64,000 nt of DNA from Vicugna vicugna. Its lineage: Eukaryota. The translations under genes and the position numbers were made by a program. Positions 58,101 to 64,000 of this stretch are shown here, in pieces (the first letter of the stretch is position 1; each line of letters opens with the position of its first letter). A model generated the notes under the pieces. The model ran no database searches. It worked only from the letters and a program-made list of their open reading frames with translations, and had not been told where the DNA came from. The DNA lies in the NCBI GenBank assembly GCA_013265495.1, contig MU058221.1, positions 3,224,001 to 3,288,000 on the forward strand, given 5' to 3'.

Positions 58101-60699
58101 GTATTATGAAAATGAAGTGTGAAATACGGATATAATTTAATTCATTTGTTTATTGAATAAGCATCCGTGACAGACAGTGTGCTGCACACAGAGGCTGCTG
58201 CTGTAATTAGAAGAATTATGGCCCCTTCCCTTTGGGAAAAAAGTGGGTAAACAAATGATTATCAAATAACTCAGTAGCTACCTCTGGATGAGAACTAAGG
58301 GGCAGAAATACAGAATTACGTTAACTTATGGAATCTCTTTGAAGAAAACAAACAGAAACTCAGAAGAAGGGTTAGTCACAAAAGTTCCCCTCAGAGAAAC
58401 CGCAAGGGCAAAAAAATGAAACAATTCAAATGTTAGTGTAACACTGAATACAATGAAATACTTCAATTACCCAAAGCATAAACGACTTACATTACACAGA
58501 ATTTGAATAAAATGTCAAATATATATAATATTTACCTAAATAAGCTGTATAGAAATATGTAATATCATTAAAGCTATTATCAAGTCATATAAATACTGTA
58601 ATAAAATGACATTATAAACACACTGACAGCCCGTGTTGCCGTCTATCTCAGCTAAAAATACAAGTTGGAAACCTGACCATGTATTATTTGTTTGTTCCCA
58701 ATCCTTTTATCACCTCCATTGAGGCACCACTAATTCCATAGCAGATAAGAGCAAAGATCTCCTAAAACAGTCTATTTCCAACCCTCTCCACCTTCCTTTA
58801 CCTGGGCATTCCCCCATTGCTCATCTTCTTTTGATCATTCTAAAACGAAAATAGTTTTATTATTCTCCAAGAGTTGCGGCGGACATTACCATTCATCCAA
58901 TTTCACTCCCTGCCCTTCTGAGTACCACCTTTTTGTCGTCTTTTGCTTCTGCACGAATAGCATGAGGCTCAGGGAGACATTAAGTTTCCTCTTCCTTTGA
59001 CTTGCTAATCAAGGGATTAACTCGACTGGTCCAAGATTAATTCTGTTCTCCTCATTATAATCACTAGTTCCCTAAGTCTGCGGCTTGGCTCATCAGCACA
59101 GCTTCTCCCTGGCAAAGGGATCAGCTCAGAAGACGGAACCACCCGTGGGCCAGTGGGCTGGGAGGGGTTTTCTAAACAGGCTTCAGAAAAGCAAGTTTTG
59201 TTGGTTCTACAAGAAAGCCACTAGACCAGACATTCTTATCTTGAATATTGTGGAATGTGGAATTTATTAACCATAAATAAACCTGGAATTATGGAGAAAC
59301 CAACCTAGATAAGAGAATACAAAAAACAAATTCTCAGGGAAACAGCACCAGAGTCCCAGGGCTGACTCACTCCCCAGGTGACTTCAGCCTCTGGACCAAC
59401 ATTAACACCAGAACATACGTTTCCATGTGACTTTGCCTCGAATGGAGTTGCCAGCTTCTTGCACGTAACAGCATCTAAACGAAGCGATGGCCCTTCTATG
59501 AATTTTGATTTTAAGTAAAACTCTAATAGATGGCACTGCATCATCTGCTTTGTTTACAGTCCCCTTCCTGATGGGTGTGTTCTTGACTAAGTCTCACCAG
59601 ACTTTCTGATTTCATCTAAGGTATATCTCCTTAATGCCCCAATGACTCCCACCATTTCTACAGACCCCCACGGTATGCTGAGTCTCCTTATTATAACGTC
59701 TAACACATGAGATCCTACAGACCTGCAGTTTTACTTTGTAAACTCCTGCAACGGGCTAACGCCAAGCGCTGTCATCAGCTGGGCATCTCCTGCCCCCAAC
59801 ACCGGGGCTAGAATGGTACAAATAACCCTGAGAGAAAATATATGCAAATGAGTGAATGGACTATCTGCACCCTAGGAATTAAGTTTTTTCAGTTGCTGAA
59901 GCTTGAATCTATAAATCTGTGTTCTTGTTAATTAATCAAATTCAGAAAGAGAATGGCTTCTCATACATAATTTTATACACTCTGCTCCTTCCGTCCGCAC
60001 TGAAGTACACTTCTGACAGCAAAGAAACCAATACAACACTCTGTTCAGAGCCTTTTGTTCATCTGTCTCCGGTGGCAACAGAAGTGCTCCAAAGTTCTCA
60101 GGACAGTCACCTGGACTGTGTGCTGACGGACGTTAAGGTAAATGCTGCCACTAATATCTCCAGAATCTTTAACAGTGACAGGCAACTGCTCAGAACATCA
60201 AATAAGGGATGTGTGTGTGTAGATTCATCAACCTGTATGTGATGTGTCTTAGGTCCCTTTAAACAGCACCCTTGTTCATTCTGCAATAAGGGCTTTCATT
60301 TCCAAGAGTCAATGAGTCTGGTATCTCTAGAGACACTAGCTCTAATGGGTCCAAGGACATAAACACATGTGTCTTCTGAGTAATTAGATGAGGCAGACTG
60401 TTGCAAGGGCTGGAGAGGATAATACAGATCTTAAGTTCCAGAGGAAGGCAGAAAAGCAAGGTTTTATTTTGCGCTAGTGTTTTCACGGCAGTCATCACAA
60501 AAGTGTGGTCACTTGGACTGGCCTTGAAAAATAAACTAGACATACTCAAAGGGACAGCAACACTCCCTTCACCAAAAGAAGAGCTTCATTATTTTTTATT
60601 TCACAAAATTATGAATCTAGCAATGACCTCTCTGCCTCTTTATTCCGAAGTGAATTATTCAGCTGATTGTACTGTCAGCCAACTGGTAAGCCATTTCAT

Positions 60700-61500
60700 C
60701 ATGACTTTATTTAGCAAATATTTATCGACACTAGTTTTGGCTGAGGGTATCCTGCCAGAGGGTAAGGACACAGCGGTGGGCTAGACAGACTAGTCTCTGT
60801 CTTGACAAAGCCAACAGTCTATCAGTAAACACACGATTTAAATAATTAGCACAAAGCATAACGCCCAGTTGGGACAAGGACTAGGAAGGAGAGAGACAGG
60901 TTGATAAAATGACATAAGGAACCTCTAGCTCCTTCATATAAACCACAACGGCCATGCACCCCGCAGCCCTGGAGCCATCTGCCACGAAAACTGCAGTGTG
61001 AGGGGCTTGCACTTTATTTTAATTGAATGGGAAGTCACTTGCGGGTGCAACACAATTAGCTGTGCTTTTACAGAAGAGGCTCTGGTTAAAGTGGGAAGAC
61101 TGGACTTAGGGCTGAGAACAAGAGCTGTTATGGGGGAAAAAATGGCTTTTTTCAGTGGTGCATGGGACAAAGATAATGGTGATGAGAATGGAGTCAGAAA
61201 GAAGTGGATGAGTACATTAGCAGACAGGATTGACAGGACTTGCTATGGATTATACGTGGGGGCGGAAAACGAGGATGCAAAGTTCTTGAGGTGTGATTTA
61301 CTGACAAGAGCCATGACGTCAAATAAACTAATCTAGCGGAGAGAGTCAAGATGTTTTCTTTACACTTACTTTTGACATTTATCATGAAACCCTTAAACAG
61401 AAATACCGATTAGGCATTCGGATACATGTACGGAAACACATAAAGTGGGCTGGAAATTTTTATTCGGGATCCTTTGATGAGCGTGAGCACCCTCAAGGGA
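60700..61500 (-). mobile_element. L2 LINE fragments
   Basis: TTTAGCAAATATTTATCGACAC...AGACAGACTAGTCTCTGTC and GGGAAGTCACTTGCGGG...AGAAGTGGATG...GACAGGACTTGCTATGGATT, L2 antisense. Confidence 0.7.
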
Positions 61501-62459
61501 AGTGATATTGACCACAGAAACTAAGATTAATTTCATGCATCGAAGCACCAAATTTTCCAAATGTCACCATAGTTCAGTGAACTTCACCAATCTGAAGTCA
61601 CTGGCCTGACTCAGTTCACACTCAGTAACCTTGTGGCTGGCAGGGAACTCGGTCCCCAGCCTCAGGCCTTTCAGTCTGGGCTCCTGGTCCAGGACCGGGG
61701 TGGGCTTCCGGCACAGTGGGAGCAGTCCCCTGGCATCGTCACGCTCCTCAGTTTTCCCTCGGGAAGTCGTCGTCAGAATCAGACGAATTTTTATGTCTCT
61801 CTCTATATATTCAGCCCAGGAGAAGTCGTGGTGAAGGGCTGCTGCTCTCTGGCTCCTGGCTTTTGATTCCATTTATTTGCAGTGATAAATCAAGAGCCAC
61901 CACGGAGTCGTGAAAAGAACAGGCATTCCATAAACAGGCAGCCCCAGTCTAAATCGTGACTCTGCTTGTCCTGGGTGAGTCACTCCATCAGTCTCAGGCT
62001 CACGCGCCTTGCGAACGTTAAATGCGTAAAGGCACACGCGTGTGCCCGGCATGCACCAGGCGCCCGACGACTGTCACTGTCCATTGCCCTGTAGTGAACA
62101 CATCTTAACCGTTCTGTATTTCTGATCACTGTCTTCCTCTCCTTCCGGCCTTACGACGTCCACTGCTCCAGGCGGGTACATTTCCTGTATCTAACTCTAG
62201 CTGATTTTAGATTGGGGAAAAGGCACTGTGGGATCAGCGAATGCACCCGGATTGCTGTTTGTTGACTGTGTGAAAAGACGTAATCACAGGGTACAAAGAA
62301 TTGGGGAGGGCTTAGTAATCGAAACTCAGTGTAAGAAAACAGAATGGGATGATGACAATCCGATTCCACAGAAGAAAAGGGTTCAGGAAGGCCCTGCACC
62401 AACTCTACTGGTGTCAGCAGCGACGTGCTGCTTCTCAGAACGCTTCACGTCTACGGATT

Positions 62460-62630
62460 CGCTTCTTACTCACGACAAGCTTGTGATGCAGGAAGGGCTG
62501 ATGTGACTTTCATTTTAATAACGAGGAAACAAAGGCTCAGCGAGTTTAATAGGGTTAGAGGTCACCCATGATGGTTCCAAGAGATCTGAATTCTAAGCCA
62601 GGCTCTTGTTAAACCAGCTGTCCCTACAAA
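62460..62630 (-). mobile_element. MIR fragment
   Basis: CATTTTAATAACGAGGAAACAAAGGCTCAGCGAGTTTAA...GGTCAC, MIR core. Confidence 0.6.
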
Positions 62631-64000
62631 CCGCTCAGACCCTCTGAGGAGGTGCTCAGTCTTCGCACTGGTGAGAGAGGAACTTTAAGATCTATTTCAT
62701 ACGTAGAAGTCTGAGACTCGGTATCTTAACCAATATAAAGAGCTACTTGGCATAGTTAGAGCAAGAACCCTATTCTCTGATTCAAAGCATGTCCCATGCA
62801 TCACTTTGCTCAAGGTCACTAAATTTTTGGACACTGAATGAGTAGGAATGGTGGTTTGGCCCAAATGAAACATCTCAGCAGCTGAATGGGGAAGATGGAA
62901 GAGAGCAGACAAGGGAGCCGTCAAGTCTTCAGATATTCTTACGGTCCCTCCACGTTCAGGAGCAGGTGATGGAGATACTGTTTCAACAGGACGAAAGTTC
63001 TGAGTGGACCATGACACACGGGCAAATTACAGTGGATGACACGTAAGAGTGGCCCACGCCAGCAGTTCTGAGGCGGCTCAGACGCGTGTCTGGATGTTGA
63101 GCGCATGTGGCGTTTCATATAACCCAGACGGAGCAGAGAGAGCGGCGGGGACGGCGAGCAGGGCATTTATAGCAACGGGGTGTAAGGACCAGGTAGAGCC
63201 CAGACGGGATGCAGAGGGGTTGGAGGCTGAGCCTCAGTTTTCTGAATTGGTGAACAAGTAAGAACCAGTGCCATGTTCCCGGGCGCTCTCAGCACCACCG
63301 TCTCAACTGGGCACCTGCTGCAAATAAACAAGCAACTCTTTCGGTCTCAAGTTTGGACCACCCGGCTCAGGTGATTAACCAAGTTATGATGTGATTTAGT
63401 GCATGTCAGCATGTCAGCTCATCGAGGCGATAGCTTTTGTCCTTTTTGGTTTTTTTAGAAGATGCTCTACACCAGGAAAAGATATTTCACTTCCGATTCA
63501 ATAAATACTGGCAGAGTTTTGGGGGTAACACAAATGGATGGAGTTATGACAGGAATAAAACGGTGAGATATTTTCTCCATCCACTGGAAAACTGTCACAA
63601 TGACAGAAGATACATATGATTTGATCATACATTGCTTTTAGTTAATAAAGCAACAAAACTCGGAACTTTGAGGAAAGTATCAACACAGAGAATAAACTGA
63701 ATAAAAGAACCGTATTTGTTACCAAATACACTTAGCAAATACATTAATTAAACAATTAGTGCTAACTATGCCCCAAGAACTATGCTTGATACTGGATACA
63801 GTTATATATAAAATATATATGAATATATAATGAATATAAATATAATATATAATTGCATATATCAAATATATAATAGTCTGAAGGTCTTACACTCTAGCGG
63901 AGAGTCAGACTTGTAAAACACAAGATAAAAAATTCTGTAAGGAAATTTTAGGTGCAAATTTCTCCCTAAAACGAATGCACTGGAGAGTTCAGCTGTACCT

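Noticed and set aside
61314..61321. Additional perfect CRE (TGACGTCA)
   Set aside because: Isolated site inside a decayed L2 with no CpG island context

Overview
Mammalian nuclear DNA, most likely camelid. This is inferred from several young LINE-1 3' ends of camelid-type sequence and from the absence of any recognisable ruminant, pig, primate or rodent SINE. I could not support any protein-coding exon: the ORF track is explained by chance, low-complexity sequence and L1 remnants. The window is intronic or intergenic and dominated by transposon relics: old L1M, L2, MIR, MLT1 and MER3; three bounded ERV solo LTRs with target-site duplications (TSDs) plus one weaker LTR-like segment; and about eight young L1 fragments. 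Repeat-free, TAAT-rich blocks between them look like enhancers. The main functional candidate is a small CpG island at about 56.8-57.2 kb with three helically phased CRE-type sites, followed on the minus strand by a donor site and at least one well-formed non-coding exon (46526-46778), which suggests a lncRNA or a long 5' UTR. Other oddities are a perfect 59-bp dispersed duplication, a twin-primed and permuted L1 insertion, two MER41-like LTRs carrying convergent CTCF-like motifs, and locally GC-shifted ancient repeats. I found no convincing novel multi-gene system. Repeat family names come from my recall of consensus sequences, and boundaries without TSDs are approximate.
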